Below, one piece after another: positions 19,425 through 29,302 of a stretch of DNA of 64,000 bases. Source of the DNA: a virus (taxonomy: Duplodnaviria > Caudoviricetes); IMG/VR virus record IMGVR_UViG_3300020195_000410, positions 1,972-65,971 of that record. One strand, given 5' to 3'. Made by a program: the position numbers and the translations under genes. Position 1 is the first letter of the stretch, and every line of letters starts with the position of its first letter. The notes under the pieces are model-generated. The model was given only the letters and a program-made list of their open reading frames with translations. It made no database searches and was not told the origin of the DNA.

Positions 19425-20111
19425 ATGGATGAGAAGAAATATTGCCAATGTGGATGCGGTGGCGAAGTAAAGGTCTGGAAAAATGGAAGATACAGTCCTT
19501 TTTTACGTGGACACCACATGCGTAAAAAAGGATACGATCCAGCAATCACAGAAACAAAATATTGTGAATGTGGTTGCGGAACTGAATTGAAAAGACTCAA
19601 AAATGGCTGTATCCCAAGATACATCAAAGGACATCATCTAAAAGGCACAACTCTTAGTCTTGAGTACAGATTAGAGAGAACAAGAAATAGATGGGGCAGA
19701 GAACCGGATTTAAGCCCTTATCTTGAAGAAACATTTATATCATTTGATAAAAAAATGAAAAGATGGATAGCGTGTGTTAAAGATTCAAATGGAAAATCCA
19801 AAGGAGCCATGCACGCAAATGCTGTTTACAAAAAGCATTTTGGCAACATCCCAGAAGGATATGTGGTTCATCATAAAAATGGGAAACACGAAAAAGTTGA
19901 AGATGACAAACCAAGTAATCTTATGTTGCTTCCAGACAAATGGAATTTGAGATTCTTTCCTGTATTAGCAAACGGATTCGGAGTGGATGAAAACATTGTC
20001 ACAGACATTTATCTAAACATATTTGATAATCATAAGTCTGAGAGACAATTGTTTTGTGAGTTGTGCGAACAACTCGGAAGTTTAGTAAATCTAAAAAATC
20101 ATAATGGATGA
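19425..20111 (+). CDS. HNH homing endonuclease with CxCGCG repeats
   Basis: CQCGCG/CECGCG repeats; IPEGYVVHHKNG...D.PSNL; AT-rich. Confidence 0.8.
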   Translation: MDEKKYCQCGCGGEVKVWKNGRYSPFLRGHHMRKKGYDPAITETKYCECGCGTELKRLKNGCIPRYIKGHHLKGTTLSLEYRLERTRNRWGREPDLSPYLEETFISFDKKMKRWIACVKDSNGKSKGAMHANAVYKKHFGNIPEGYVVHHKNGKHEKVEDDKPSNLMLLPDKWNLRFFPVLANGFGVDENIVTDIYLNIFDNHKSERQLFCELCEQLGSLVNLKNHNG

Positions 20112-20149
20112 ATTTGCGGAGCTTTGTTTAGTATCACATAGATAAATTT

Positions 20150-20293
20150 ATGAAGAATTTTTGGATTGATAGACACAACAAAAAAGAAACAGAAAAACGA
20201 CGAAAGGCTGTCGCAGATGTTGTTGATGCGGTCAAAGCAGCCGTGCGTAAAAAGCTGTTCGCTAAGTATTTCAACCCATACAGAAAACCATAA
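20150..20293 (+). CDS. small basic protein MKNFWIDRHN...
   Basis: 47-codon ORF 5 nt after TAGATA; stop overlaps the next ATG. Confidence 0.5.
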   Translation: MKNFWIDRHNKKETEKRRKAVADVVDAVKAAVRKKLFAKYFNPYRKP

Positions 20294-21033
20294 TGGCACT
20301 CAAAGAACGCTATCAAAATCCGGCCATAGGCGACTCAATCAATTTGAGATTGTTCACCTACAACAGCAACAACCTTGCTGATCTATCAAGCATCACCAAG
20401 GTTGACATCTATTATCTGGACAGAGAAGAAGTTTCTGACACTAATCCAGATGGCCGGAGATTGGTTGAATCGTATGATGGGTCGGCTGTAACCATTGAGG
20501 ATACAGGCACGCATTCGCTTGAGATTGACGCACAGGAAGCTCTGTACGTGATCGGCAGATATCTTGACATCTGGACTGTGAGAGTGTCAGACTCGCAGCC
20601 AGCAGAAAGCATTGAACAGGTTTTTGAGATTTACCCAAATCTCTGGTACACAACACCAATCCCGGTGGTGTACGACTTTAGTTTTCACTTCCAACCAAAC
20701 AAGTTTCGTAAAGGATCAAAGCAATTTCTAATCATTGAGATTGTTCCCAATGTGCCAACGGCGGGAGACCTTAGAAAATACTACGAAAACTTGGCGATTG
20801 TATCTGACCTTAAGATATCAATCTCTCAAAACTGCGGCAATTGCGTGCCAGCGGAAGAAGATCTACGTCTGATCGTTGATGAAGTTTCTGTAGACTACCG
20901 TGAGAAACGGTACGCATATTACAGAATCGACACAACAGACATGGATTGCGGCATCTACGATGTCTGGTTCCGTCTTGACTTCGGTGGCAACACGTACATA
21001 AGCGACCGCTACAACATTCAGATCTATGACTAG
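20293..21033 (+). CDS. hypothetical, probable virion structural protein
   Basis: 246 aa beta-rich ORF in the tail cluster. Confidence 0.65.
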   Translation: MALKERYQNPAIGDSINLRLFTYNSNNLADLSSITKVDIYYLDREEVSDTNPDGRRLVESYDGSAVTIEDTGTHSLEIDAQEALYVIGRYLDIWTVRVSDSQPAESIEQVFEIYPNLWYTTPIPVVYDFSFHFQPNKFRKGSKQFLIIEIVPNVPTAGDLRKYYENLAIVSDLKISISQNCGNCVPAEEDLRLIVDEVSVDYREKRYAYYRIDTTDMDCGIYDVWFRLDFGGNTYISDRYNIQIYD

Positions 21034-21050
21034 CCGTCATAAGGAGTAAT

Positions 21051-21917
21051 ATGGACGACATTCAAGAATCCCTACTAGGGGACACGCAACCGGTGTCTCG
21101 TCACTCAATGGGAATGGGCAAGCTTTCTGATCCGTCAATTGTTTTTGTCAGACAATTTAGATGGACTCTGGGCAGCAAGGTTTTAGATGAACACTTCGTA
21201 AAGAACGTGAAGTTTGATTTCAAGTCACAGACATTACATCTGGAAGCTTATGAGGTCGTCTGTAATGACACGATCAACATTCATGATTGGCTTGAAAGTG
21301 ATCTTAGCAAAGAGACATTGTTCTTCACAACTTATGATGGTTGTGGCCACCCAATTTACACATACGAAATTTCAGACATCGCTCTTGAATCAGACACTGC
21401 TGTCTATGATTATGCGGCCTCTGATGAAGTCACAAGAAAATTGTCTTTAACATATGGAAACATCAAAAGGATATTTCACTCCAAAGGAAACAAAGATGTA
21501 ATTTACAAGAAAAAATTTGATTGGACAATGAGTGTCGATAATGGAGTTGCCAAGAAAGTAAAGCTTGTAAGCAGACCAAATTTGACGATTGAAGAAACAG
21601 AAATCAACTTCCTCAACGCCAAAACGTGGATTCCGGGCAAGGCCAATTGGCAAGATCTATGCGTAGAACTAGATCGACAGTCTCGATGCCTTCTTCAACC
21701 GCTGATGAATGGCAAAGACCGCTCCGTTCAATTGAACTTGTTAGATGGATGTGGTGATGTTTTGGAAACTTGGCACTTGAAAAATGTCCGAGTATCAAAA
21801 ATGAAAGATGAAGAAGAAAAAGTTCACCTCACACTCAAATATGATGAGGTCCGATACGAATCAGCGAGCAAGCCGGAAGTATCTACCGTAATAAACACAG
21901 AGGTTCCACATGTCTAA
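21051..21917 (+). CDS. tandem two-domain tail-tube-like protein
   Basis: Two copies of tube motifs (RQFRW...YDGCG; KKFDW...RPNLTIEETEINFLNAKTWIPGK...LDGCG). Confidence 0.75.
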   Translation: MDDIQESLLGDTQPVSRHSMGMGKLSDPSIVFVRQFRWTLGSKVLDEHFVKNVKFDFKSQTLHLEAYEVVCNDTINIHDWLESDLSKETLFFTTYDGCGHPIYTYEISDIALESDTAVYDYAASDEVTRKLSLTYGNIKRIFHSKGNKDVIYKKKFDWTMSVDNGVAKKVKLVSRPNLTIEETEINFLNAKTWIPGKANWQDLCVELDRQSRCLLQPLMNGKDRSVQLNLLDGCGDVLETWHLKNVRVSKMKDEEEKVHLTLKYDEVRYESASKPEVSTVINTEVPHV

Positions 21918-22509
21918 AGTAGAAAAAGTTAGAATTGATTTGCCGAACAGAAATCCACCTGTAAAGCAGTGCAAGGTTCAGAACCAGAGGCCAGTGTCTG
22001 GGAACTTCAAGCTCGTGCCCAAATATATGCCTTTTTTGACGCAGTTTGTTTCGGATGTATCTTGGAATTGCCAAGCAAGAACATTGGAATTCAACATCAC
22101 AGAAACAGCTAGATTTGATGCCTTCAACTGGTTTGGCGGCATCAACAAGAGAGTTGCAGAATCACAGAAGAGTTCCTTTGTGGATCTGGAGCAAGATAGC
22201 TTGCTTTTGGTATTGATGGATGAGTGCGACAAAGAAGTTGTAACAATCAAGTTCCGTGGTCTGGGTCTGATAGATCATCATTGTTTCTTCGCCAGAGACA
22301 CACTTGGGAGTTTCGGCGTCGATTCGCCCAACGATCCTTTGGCACACTTCGTGCGTCTCATGTATTCCGATAGTGAAACAATCGCTCCGGCTCATGTTGA
22401 AGACGAATTTGAACTCAAGATCATGTCGCCAGAACAAAAGAATGAATTTGTTGATGAGGAGTGGCAAGAAGCTTCTTGTCACTGCGATGAAGATGTCGCT
22501 GTAAGCTAA
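21910..22509 (+). CDS. hypothetical protein (possibly a degenerate tube fold)
   Basis: 199 aa ORF. Confidence 0.6.
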   Translation: MSKVEKVRIDLPNRNPPVKQCKVQNQRPVSGNFKLVPKYMPFLTQFVSDVSWNCQARTLEFNITETARFDAFNWFGGINKRVAESQKSSFVDLEQDSLLLVLMDECDKEVVTIKFRGLGLIDHHCFFARDTLGSFGVDSPNDPLAHFVRLMYSDSETIAPAHVEDEFELKIMSPEQKNEFVDEEWQEASCHCDEDVAVS

Positions 22510-22511
22510 AC

Positions 22512-22546
22512 AAAACCCCGCACTGCAATGTAGTGCGGGGTTTTTC
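22512..22546 (+). terminator. rho-independent terminator
   Basis: aaaaccccgcact/agtgcggggttttt. Confidence 0.85.
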
Positions 22547-22558
22547 TGTAAAATGCTC

Positions 22559-22588
22559 TTGCAAAATTCTTACAGACATGATACTATA
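22559..22588 (+). promoter_or_regulatory. sigma70-type promoter TTGCAA-N18-TACTAT
   Basis: Nearly identical to the promoter at 48171. Confidence 0.65.
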
Positions 22589-22689
22589 CATTAAGACTGG
22601 AAACATTCCTTGGGAGTATGACTTAGCTCCCGAAGCAAATTTGCAATGCCCAATTGAGGATGAGGGTTTCCCAGTGATAGGAGGATAAG

Positions 22690-23694
22690 TTGGTGTACTC
22701 AAATCATTTCGTGATGTGCGTCCTCGTAGATGGACAGCCCACACAAGAACTCGCCAATGGCGTAGTTACTCTGCCCTTTGGAACCGAATATGCTTTACGG
22801 TTCCGCAACAAGAACAACCGTCGAGCAGTCGTCAAGATTTACATTGACGGTGAAAATGTCTCAGGAGACGGATACATCGTTCGGGCCAACGACCATATCG
22901 ACATCAAGCGTCATCATGACGTTGATAGATCGTTCAAGTTCGTGTCGCTGGACAGCCCTGACGCCGTGGATCACGGCAAAAACGGCCCTAACGCCGACAA
23001 GGTGAAAGGCACAATCGAAGCCAGATTCTATCTGGAAAAAGAAGTGCCGCCAGCACCTGTGATCGTGGATCATCACCACCATCACCATCATGACCATCAC
23101 CACGATTGGTATCGTCCACGTCCGTTGCCATTTCCATACAGGCCATACTATACCTGTACCGGGAATATGTCTGCACCGCCATCTGGAGGTGCTACATTCA
23201 GCACTCTTGCGTCCAAACGGTCCAGTGGTCCGGGAGGATCATCTGTTCGTGGCATGTCCATGAAGTCCATGAACTGTTCTGCTGCTCCAGAAGCCACATT
23301 GGGATTCTCTGAAGAATCCAGTTACACTGCTGCACCAAGCACTCCAGATCCAATCCTGAAGGATGGTTGTACTGTCGAAGGCAATGTCACAGGACAGAGC
23401 TTCCACACAGTCTACATTGATCTGGAAGAGACTTACACGAGCCTCAAGTTGTTCCTGCAAGGACACGAGGCAGAAATTCAAACAGCAGCCCCAAAGAAGA
23501 CACGGAAGACAAATAAAGACAACCGTGTAGAAGATTTGGAGTCGGAGAACGAAGAACTCAGACGTAAGCTCGCAGAACTTGAGAATGCAGAACTCAAGGC
23601 GAAGTTGACAGCTTCTCAAAAGCCGGTAACTGGCGGAAAAACAAAGCCAAAGGCAAAAGCAAAGCCTAAAGCGAAAGCCAAGCCAGCCGAATAA
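22690..23694 (+). CDS. hypothetical protein with poly-His tract and C-terminal coiled coil / KAK repeats
   Basis: 334 aa ORF; HHHHHHHDHHH. Confidence 0.75.
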   Translation: MVYSNHFVMCVLVDGQPTQELANGVVTLPFGTEYALRFRNKNNRRAVVKIYIDGENVSGDGYIVRANDHIDIKRHHDVDRSFKFVSLDSPDAVDHGKNGPNADKVKGTIEARFYLEKEVPPAPVIVDHHHHHHHDHHHDWYRPRPLPFPYRPYYTCTGNMSAPPSGGATFSTLASKRSSGPGGSSVRGMSMKSMNCSAAPEATLGFSEESSYTAAPSTPDPILKDGCTVEGNVTGQSFHTVYIDLEETYTSLKLFLQGHEAEIQTAAPKKTRKTNKDNRVEDLESENEELRRKLAELENAELKAKLTASQKPVTGGKTKPKAKAKPKAKAKPAE

Positions 23695-23696
23695 AC

Positions 23697-23734
23697 AAAA
23701 AGGCCCGGCAGGATCACTCCTGCCGGGCCTTTTC
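23697..23734. terminator. bidirectional terminator
   Basis: aaaaaggcccggcagga/tcctgccgggccttttt between convergent genes. Confidence 0.9.
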
Positions 23735-23746
23735 TATTGAATCCGA

Positions 23747-25267
23747 TCAGTTGTTGCTGAACGGGCTATCTGGCCGTTGCCGACGCTTGGACTGCTTGAC
23801 GATGATCTTTTCCAGCGTCTTCGGGTTGGCGATCTTGTTGATCAGATGGAACGCAAACTGGTCCATCAGCAAGTCGCCAGCCAACTTCATCGGATCGAGG
23901 ACTTGATCACCTTCTTCGATCTCCATGCCAGCTTCTGGGCAGACCATCTTGATGTGCGTCTGCATCGAAGCCACTGCCACAGAGATGTCTTCGGGACGAA
24001 TAACCATCTTGTCTTCGGAATTCCCGATGGCACTCAACTTGGCCCGTTCAACCGCTTCCTGAACGAAAGCTGCATTGGAACCTTTCAGTCCCTTGACGGC
24101 GGTAATGATTTCGGCATCAGTGCCTTCGACGATTGCAACGCCGTCTTTGGTCTTGCCGTAGTGACGGACCAATCGCAGCATTGCTCCATCATCAGGAGCC
24201 AAAATCGGAATCACGGTGTCGATTCGACCGGGACGCAAGAACCCAGAATGAATGCCGCCGACATGATTGGTCGTCAGAACGGTCATCACTTCCAGATGCT
24301 TGCTTTCCACGCCGTCGAGCGTGTTGAGAATCTTGTCGATCTCCGGTGTACGAGGCCCGTTCGGCATCGTGCGATCCACGTCTTCAGCGAACAGCACGCA
24401 TGGTTGATAGAGCTTGGCGAAAGCCACAGCCATATCAAGGTCACGCACATCTTCGACGTACAGGAACGTCCACCCGTGTTGCACACAGATCTGAGCCAGC
24501 CGATGAGCGGTCAGAGTCTTGCCAGTGCCGTAACGGCCTTCGAGGAGAATACCACGTTTCAGAGGCACGCCGTTCTTCCGGCAGCGATCCGTGAATCGCA
24601 CAGGGTTGAACAAGTTCGTCTCGATCATCCGCTCGGTGTCGGCGGCATAGACGATCTGTTGGTTGGCGTACTTCTTGAGGTCGATAAACCGTGGTGCAAA
24701 AGTTGGACTGAAGGAACTTTGACGATCACCATCGGTGTCACGGAAATTGAGCTTCACCGCTTGTCCACGATAGATGGATTCAGAGGCGACGATCTCCCGC
24801 ACACGTTTGGCGATTTCAGCCACGGTCTTTTCATGTCGGCGTTTGACGGTCGCCGTCAGATTGAAGATGGGCATCCCATTGTCTTCTTTCCAACCGGTTG
24901 CCAAATGTCCGTTGACCTTGGGAACAATGCAACGTCCCCAAGGGATTTGCAATGTCTGGCCGAAGGCGATCTCGACGCCGATCATTTGCGGCGGCGATGG
25001 GCCGAAGAAGCCCGGCGTGGGAATCAGATTCGCCCAGCCGTACTTTTCTTTCAGAGCCTTCTGGAAGGCGACAGCACCATCCAGCGGGAAGGCGTTGACG
25101 GCCTCCTGCACGGAAACATCCGTGTTCTCTTCATCACGTTGACGGACCAATGCGTCGATGGCCTCATCATAGTCCATGTCCATCGGGATCACGAACTTGT
25201 CACCGTGGAACTCCACGTCAATTTTACGTGGTGGTTCCTTCTCTTCCGTTTTTGCTGCCGCAGTCAT
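23747..25267 (-). CDS. AAA+ ATPase
   Basis: Walker A GRYGTGKT, Walker B LFAEDVD, TTNH, RPGRID; AAGGAG RBS before 25267. Confidence 0.9.
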   Translation of the reverse strand: MTAAAKTEEKEPPRKIDVEFHGDKFVIPMDMDYDEAIDALVRQRDEENTDVSVQEAVNAFPLDGAVAFQKALKEKYGWANLIPTPGFFGPSPPQMIGVEIAFGQTLQIPWGRCIVPKVNGHLATGWKEDNGMPIFNLTATVKRRHEKTVAEIAKRVREIVASESIYRGQAVKLNFRDTDGDRQSSFSPTFAPRFIDLKKYANQQIVYAADTERMIETNLFNPVRFTDRCRKNGVPLKRGILLEGRYGTGKTLTAHRLAQICVQHGWTFLYVEDVRDLDMAVAFAKLYQPCVLFAEDVDRTMPNGPRTPEIDKILNTLDGVESKHLEVMTVLTTNHVGGIHSGFLRPGRIDTVIPILAPDDGAMLRLVRHYGKTKDGVAIVEGTDAEIITAVKGLKGSNAAFVQEAVERAKLSAIGNSEDKMVIRPEDISVAVASMQTHIKMVCPEAGMEIEEGDQVLDPMKLAGDLLMDQFAFHLINKIANPKTLEKIIVKQSKRRQRPDSPFSNN

Positions 25268-25442
25268 GCTTGTCTCCTTGATTTTGGCACGTCTTATAAG
25301 CCTAGCAAAGTCTTCTTTGGTCGGCACAGGCAAGTTCCCGCCGATCATTGTAAGGACTGGTTTTGTGGTTGTAAAGGTGACGCTGCCTTTTTCCTTGTCG
25401 CTGTCGAAAGTCAGACCCATAATTTCTGTTCCAAATTTTGGA

Positions 25443-26195
25443 CTACAAGTCGAATCCGTCTTTTTTGTGGATGAACCCTCCGAATCCATCATCCCCCGGT
25501 TCTTGTGGCGGATTTGGCTGGTAGTGATAGAGCCACATCTTGTATTTCACATCAGCTTCTAAGGTTCTGAGATCATCGTAATGGGCATGGACCCCGCTGC
25601 GATAAGGAGCGGTCTCGCAATCTTGGAAAATGAGGTCGGCTTTGCGGTAGAATTTTTCGATCTGCCGAGGACAAAATTGCGTGTCTGTTGTCAGGAAGGT
25701 GTTGCGAGCACCTCTCTCGATCATCAGCCCGTAGCTGTGAACGATCTCGTATCCGTTCATAACATGCACGGTTTGAACAGGATAGAACTTTGCATCTCCG
25801 AATGCAAACGAATTGTTGATTTTGATTGGAACCACATCAAAAAATGACTCCAGAGTCAGCACCAGACCTTCATGGGATTGCATCCCAGCTTTGAGACTTC
25901 CCCACAAGTCATCAATGAGTTCTTCGACAATAAACATCTTCGGTCGTGGACATTCTGGGTCGAAGTAAGTGCAGAACCCCAGCCATTCCAAGCCGCCAAT
26001 GTGGTCGGCATGGAGATGCGATATGTAAACAGCGTTGATGTTCTTGTGTGTCAGTCCGAGTTCTCTGAGAGAAAATCTTGCGTCTCCGCCGCAGTCAATC
26101 AATAGACGTTGATCTCCCGCCGTGACGACCATGTTGGACTGCCAGTAATCTTGTGTGGTGAATGCACTTCCCACGCCTGCGAATTGAATGTTCAT
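25443..26195 (-). CDS. MBL-fold metallohydrolase, Apyc1-like cyclic nucleotide phosphodiesterase
   Basis: GVGSAF, LLIDCG, SHLHADHIGGLE, DTQF, QDC, GVHA, LYHY. Confidence 0.8.
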   Translation of the reverse strand: MNIQFAGVGSAFTTQDYWQSNMVVTAGDQRLLIDCGGDARFSLRELGLTHKNINAVYISHLHADHIGGLEWLGFCTYFDPECPRPKMFIVEELIDDLWGSLKAGMQSHEGLVLTLESFFDVVPIKINNSFAFGDAKFYPVQTVHVMNGYEIVHSYGLMIERGARNTFLTTDTQFCPRQIEKFYRKADLIFQDCETAPYRSGVHAHYDDLRTLEADVKYKMWLYHYQPNPPQEPGDDGFGGFIHKKDGFDL

Positions 26196-26314
26196 GTTTT
26201 CCTCCGAACCACTTTATGGCACATCTTGTGCCAAATAGAATTACCTGAAAAACGCACAGTCCGATGTCGTCAGACTGACTTCGCAGACATCAATTTGACC
26301 AGCATAAATAAAGC

Positions 26315-27127
26315 ATGGAACATTTGGTAGATCATTTGCGAAAGAAATCCGTCCACATCGTCATCACGAACGTCTGCAATTTATCTTGCGGCGGATGCAC
26401 GCAACACTGCGGATTGTTCTCGAAAGAAAAATTATTCTTCATCACCAAGGAGCAATTTCTCATCAATGTCAATGTGGCCTCAAAAATGAATAAATTGGTT
26501 CATTTGTTTGGAGGTGAAGCGTGTTTGCATCCAGACATTGAAGACTTTTTATCTGTGTCTTGCGAATATCCAGATCATACATTTTTTCTATGGACTAATG
26601 GACGATACAAAAATCACACAGATGAAATCGTAAAAACTCGTAACATAGGAATCAGTTATAAACACACTGTATACAAAAATGTGATCATACAAGTTGACTA
26701 CCCAAAAGAAGGCAGAAGATTTATTCCAACTCTGGTCGCTCCACAAGATGTTTATCCACTTCCTGAGAAAGAACAGTATTTCACACAATATGCTTACAAT
26801 AACTGTCCACAATGGAAGTCTTGTCAAATTTTGTTCTATGACCATTATGCGTATGCTTGTGAGTGTGCTGGATCATTCGACAAGATCGCCAACTTCAATA
26901 ATGGCTGGGAAATTAAAGAAAATTTCCTAGACGAACTAACAGATAAGGATGTGATCAAACAATTGACCAACTTCTGTTATCGGTGTGCCTTATGCTTGCC
27001 GAAAGACATTCGGGACAACTTTGTCCAGAAAACTGAAGATCCGCCATTGTATTCGCTGACCAACCTCGAACTCTTGCCAAAGCACAAAATTGTCGGAAAC
27101 CCACAGGGCACAACGAAATTTTTGTAG
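26315..27127 (+). CDS. radical SAM protein
   Basis: CNLSCGGC, FGGEACLHP, WTNG. Confidence 0.85.
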   Translation: MEHLVDHLRKKSVHIVITNVCNLSCGGCTQHCGLFSKEKLFFITKEQFLINVNVASKMNKLVHLFGGEACLHPDIEDFLSVSCEYPDHTFFLWTNGRYKNHTDEIVKTRNIGISYKHTVYKNVIIQVDYPKEGRRFIPTLVAPQDVYPLPEKEQYFTQYAYNNCPQWKSCQILFYDHYAYACECAGSFDKIANFNNGWEIKENFLDELTDKDVIKQLTNFCYRCALCLPKDIRDNFVQKTEDPPLYSLTNLELLPKHKIVGNPQGTTKFL

Positions 27128-27203
27128 CGAACCTGTCTGCGAAAAATGTGTCTTCCCCATAGATACCAATTCTGATAATCTGATTTCCGTCAAGGAAGAC
27201 ACA

Positions 27204-27848
27204 ATGAAAACCTATTTAGAAATCCCCGGCCCAGCCGGTGGACACCACAAACCATGTTATGCTTTCGTCAAATACGACGGGAGCAATATGCGTTTTGAAT
27301 GGAGCCGTAAGCGTGGCTGGTACAAGTTCGGCACACGCAAAACAATGATCGACGAGAACACTCCAATTTTTGGAACGGCGATCCCGATGTTCCTCCAGAA
27401 ATACGGGGACGATCTGGCCAAAGTGTTCAAGACAGAAAAGCACTTTCACGGTGTTCAGAATGTCGTTGTGTTCGCAGAATGGTACGGGAAGCTCTCCTTT
27501 GCCGGACAGCACTACCCATGGGACACAGATTATGATATCGTATTGTTCGATGTCAATCCCATGAAAAAGGGAATGCTGGGTCCAAAACAATTTTTGGACA
27601 TGTTTGGTCATTTGAATGTTGCCGAACTTGTTTACACCGGAAACTTTGGCGACTGGCTAGTCGAATCAGTTCGTAAAGAAACAATCGACATCACATCCAA
27701 ATACAAAGTTCAGGTCGATTTCCCCGAAGGCGTTATCTGCAAAGGTGGAACTGGGCACGACCTTTGGATGTGCAAAATCAAAACCGAGCGTTACAAAGAA
27801 GCTTTGAAGGCTCTGTATGAAGGCAATTGGGAAAAACACTGGGAGTAA
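27204..27848 (+). CDS. ATP-dependent RNA ligase-like nucleotidyltransferase
   Basis: Motifs KYDGSN, FAEW, LFDV, EGVI, CKIK. Confidence 0.75.
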   Translation: MKTYLEIPGPAGGHHKPCYAFVKYDGSNMRFEWSRKRGWYKFGTRKTMIDENTPIFGTAIPMFLQKYGDDLAKVFKTEKHFHGVQNVVVFAEWYGKLSFAGQHYPWDTDYDIVLFDVNPMKKGMLGPKQFLDMFGHLNVAELVYTGNFGDWLVESVRKETIDITSKYKVQVDFPEGVICKGGTGHDLWMCKIKTERYKEALKALYEGNWEKHWE

Positions 27849-27850
27849 CT

Positions 27851-28177
27851 ATGAAATGTTTCGGATGCAGTGCAGAGAAGGATATGGCTGTTTTGGAGCC
27901 GTACCCTTATCCAGAAGATGAAAGACTGTGCGAAGGCCCAATCGAACCACTGTTCGTCTTAGAGGTTCAGCCTGACGGTGATGGAGAATGGAAAGTGGCT
28001 GTTGTTTGCCACGAGTGTTTCAAGAAGCTTGACCCAGATATGTGGATCGGCGAACGCTGCTGGATCAACATCAATCCTGTGATCCCATTTGATAAGTTGC
28101 CGCTGAATGACCTTCCTCTTGAAACAGATGAAGATGCTGCGGCCAAGTGGAATCCAGAGAGCTACGTGCTTCCCTAA
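27851..28177 (+). CDS. hypothetical zinc-binding protein
   Basis: CFGC and CHEC; GGAG RBS. Confidence 0.65.
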   Translation: MKCFGCSAEKDMAVLEPYPYPEDERLCEGPIEPLFVLEVQPDGDGEWKVAVVCHECFKKLDPDMWIGERCWININPVIPFDKLPLNDLPLETDEDAAAKWNPESYVLP

Positions 28178-28611
28178 GAGTATTCTTTCAGCTTCTCTTC
28201 GAGATTGATTGCAACTTCTTTTAATTGACTCAGAATCAATTCTTGATCAAGCCCCACTCTCTGCAAAGCTATGAAATAGTCAGATTCAATCGACTCAATT
28301 GTGAGCCAGTTGATTCTGAACTCGCTTCCGTCTTTTTTGTAATTGACGGTGCCTCCTTCAAACTTCATGTTTGCCTTGAGATTCACCTTAAGTCTATCTA
28401 AGGTTTCTCGGCAACTGCTCGGCCCCTGCAATATTCTGGGCGTCTTCCCGATCACTTCTTCACTAGAATATCCGGTAAGATCTTGCCAATTCTTATTAAC
28501 ATAAAGAATGTGCGGACCCGGAAAATCTAACATTTTATCTGTGACAACAACACAGACATCTGGGTTGGCTATTTCAATCAACTCAAGGATTTTTATCAGT
28601 CTTTGTTCCAT
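28174..28611 (-). CDS. stand-alone PAS-domain protein
   Basis: ILYVN...LTGYSSEEVIGKTPRILQG, NYKKDGSEF. Confidence 0.8.
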   Translation of the reverse strand: MEQRLIKILELIEIANPDVCVVVTDKMLDFPGPHILYVNKNWQDLTGYSSEEVIGKTPRILQGPSSCRETLDRLKVNLKANMKFEGGTVNYKKDGSEFRINWLTIESIESDYFIALQRVGLDQELILSQLKEVAINLEEKLKEYS

Positions 28612-28654
28612 ACTCTTATATATCTCTCTAAATAGGAATAGAAAGGAAGAGCAA

Positions 28655-29302
28655 ATGCTAACACACAAAATTTCATATGATACAGAGCGGTTTGATTTCA
28701 AACGACTTGTACAAGACCACTATGGGGTAGAAGATCTAACTCAGTTAGACAAATGGCTCAATGAAGAAGTCCCATTCTTTGAGGACAAAACATTCGACCA
28801 AAGCACTGGCATCCACAAACACTTCTATAAGATCTACGACGATGACAAATTCTTGTCTGTTTACAGATCATTCTTGAAAGAAGTGATTCAACCGGGATAT
28901 GGAGAGCCACTGGTCTATCAGGCCAAGCCGACATTCAGAGTTCATTTGCCAAACAACGTCGCTGTTGGTGAATGGCACAAAGATGGTGATTACAATCATC
29001 AACGATCTGAGGTCAACTACTGGATGCCATTCACAAAGGCGTTCGGCAACAATAGCATCTGGATTGAATCAGAAGAAGATAAGGGAGATTACCAGCCATA
29101 CGATGTTGAGTGTGGCGAGGTGCTGATCTTCAATGGTGCTTTCTTGAAGCACGGCAACAAACCAAACGATACCGGAGTGTGTCGAGTGAGTGTTGACTTC
29201 AGAATCATCCCGTATTCTCAGTATCAGGCTCTTCAGGCCCAATCATCTCACTTGAAGCTAAAGTTTGAAATTGGCGGTTACTACAATTTGCTAGAGGTAT
29301 AA
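28655..29302 (+). CDS. 2OG-Fe(II) oxygenase (StrG/PhyH-like)
   Basis: YQAKPTFRVHLP, WHKD, HGN..N, RVSVDFR. Confidence 0.75.
   Translation: MLTHKISYDTERFDFKRLVQDHYGVEDLTQLDKWLNEEVPFFEDKTFDQSTGIHKHFYKIYDDDKFLSVYRSFLKEVIQPGYGEPLVYQAKPTFRVHLPNNVAVGEWHKDGDYNHQRSEVNYWMPFTKAFGNNSIWIESEEDKGDYQPYDVECGEVLIFNGAFLKHGNKPNDTGVCRVSVDFRIIPYSQYQALQAQSSHLKLKFEIGGYYNLLEV

Noticed and set aside
23777-25474. 565-aa plus-strand ORF antisense to the AAA ATPase
   Set aside because: Codon-aligned shadow of a strongly biased gene; no motifs or RBS
28174-28611. LOV photoreceptor
   Set aside because: Lacks the GxNCRFLQ cysteine
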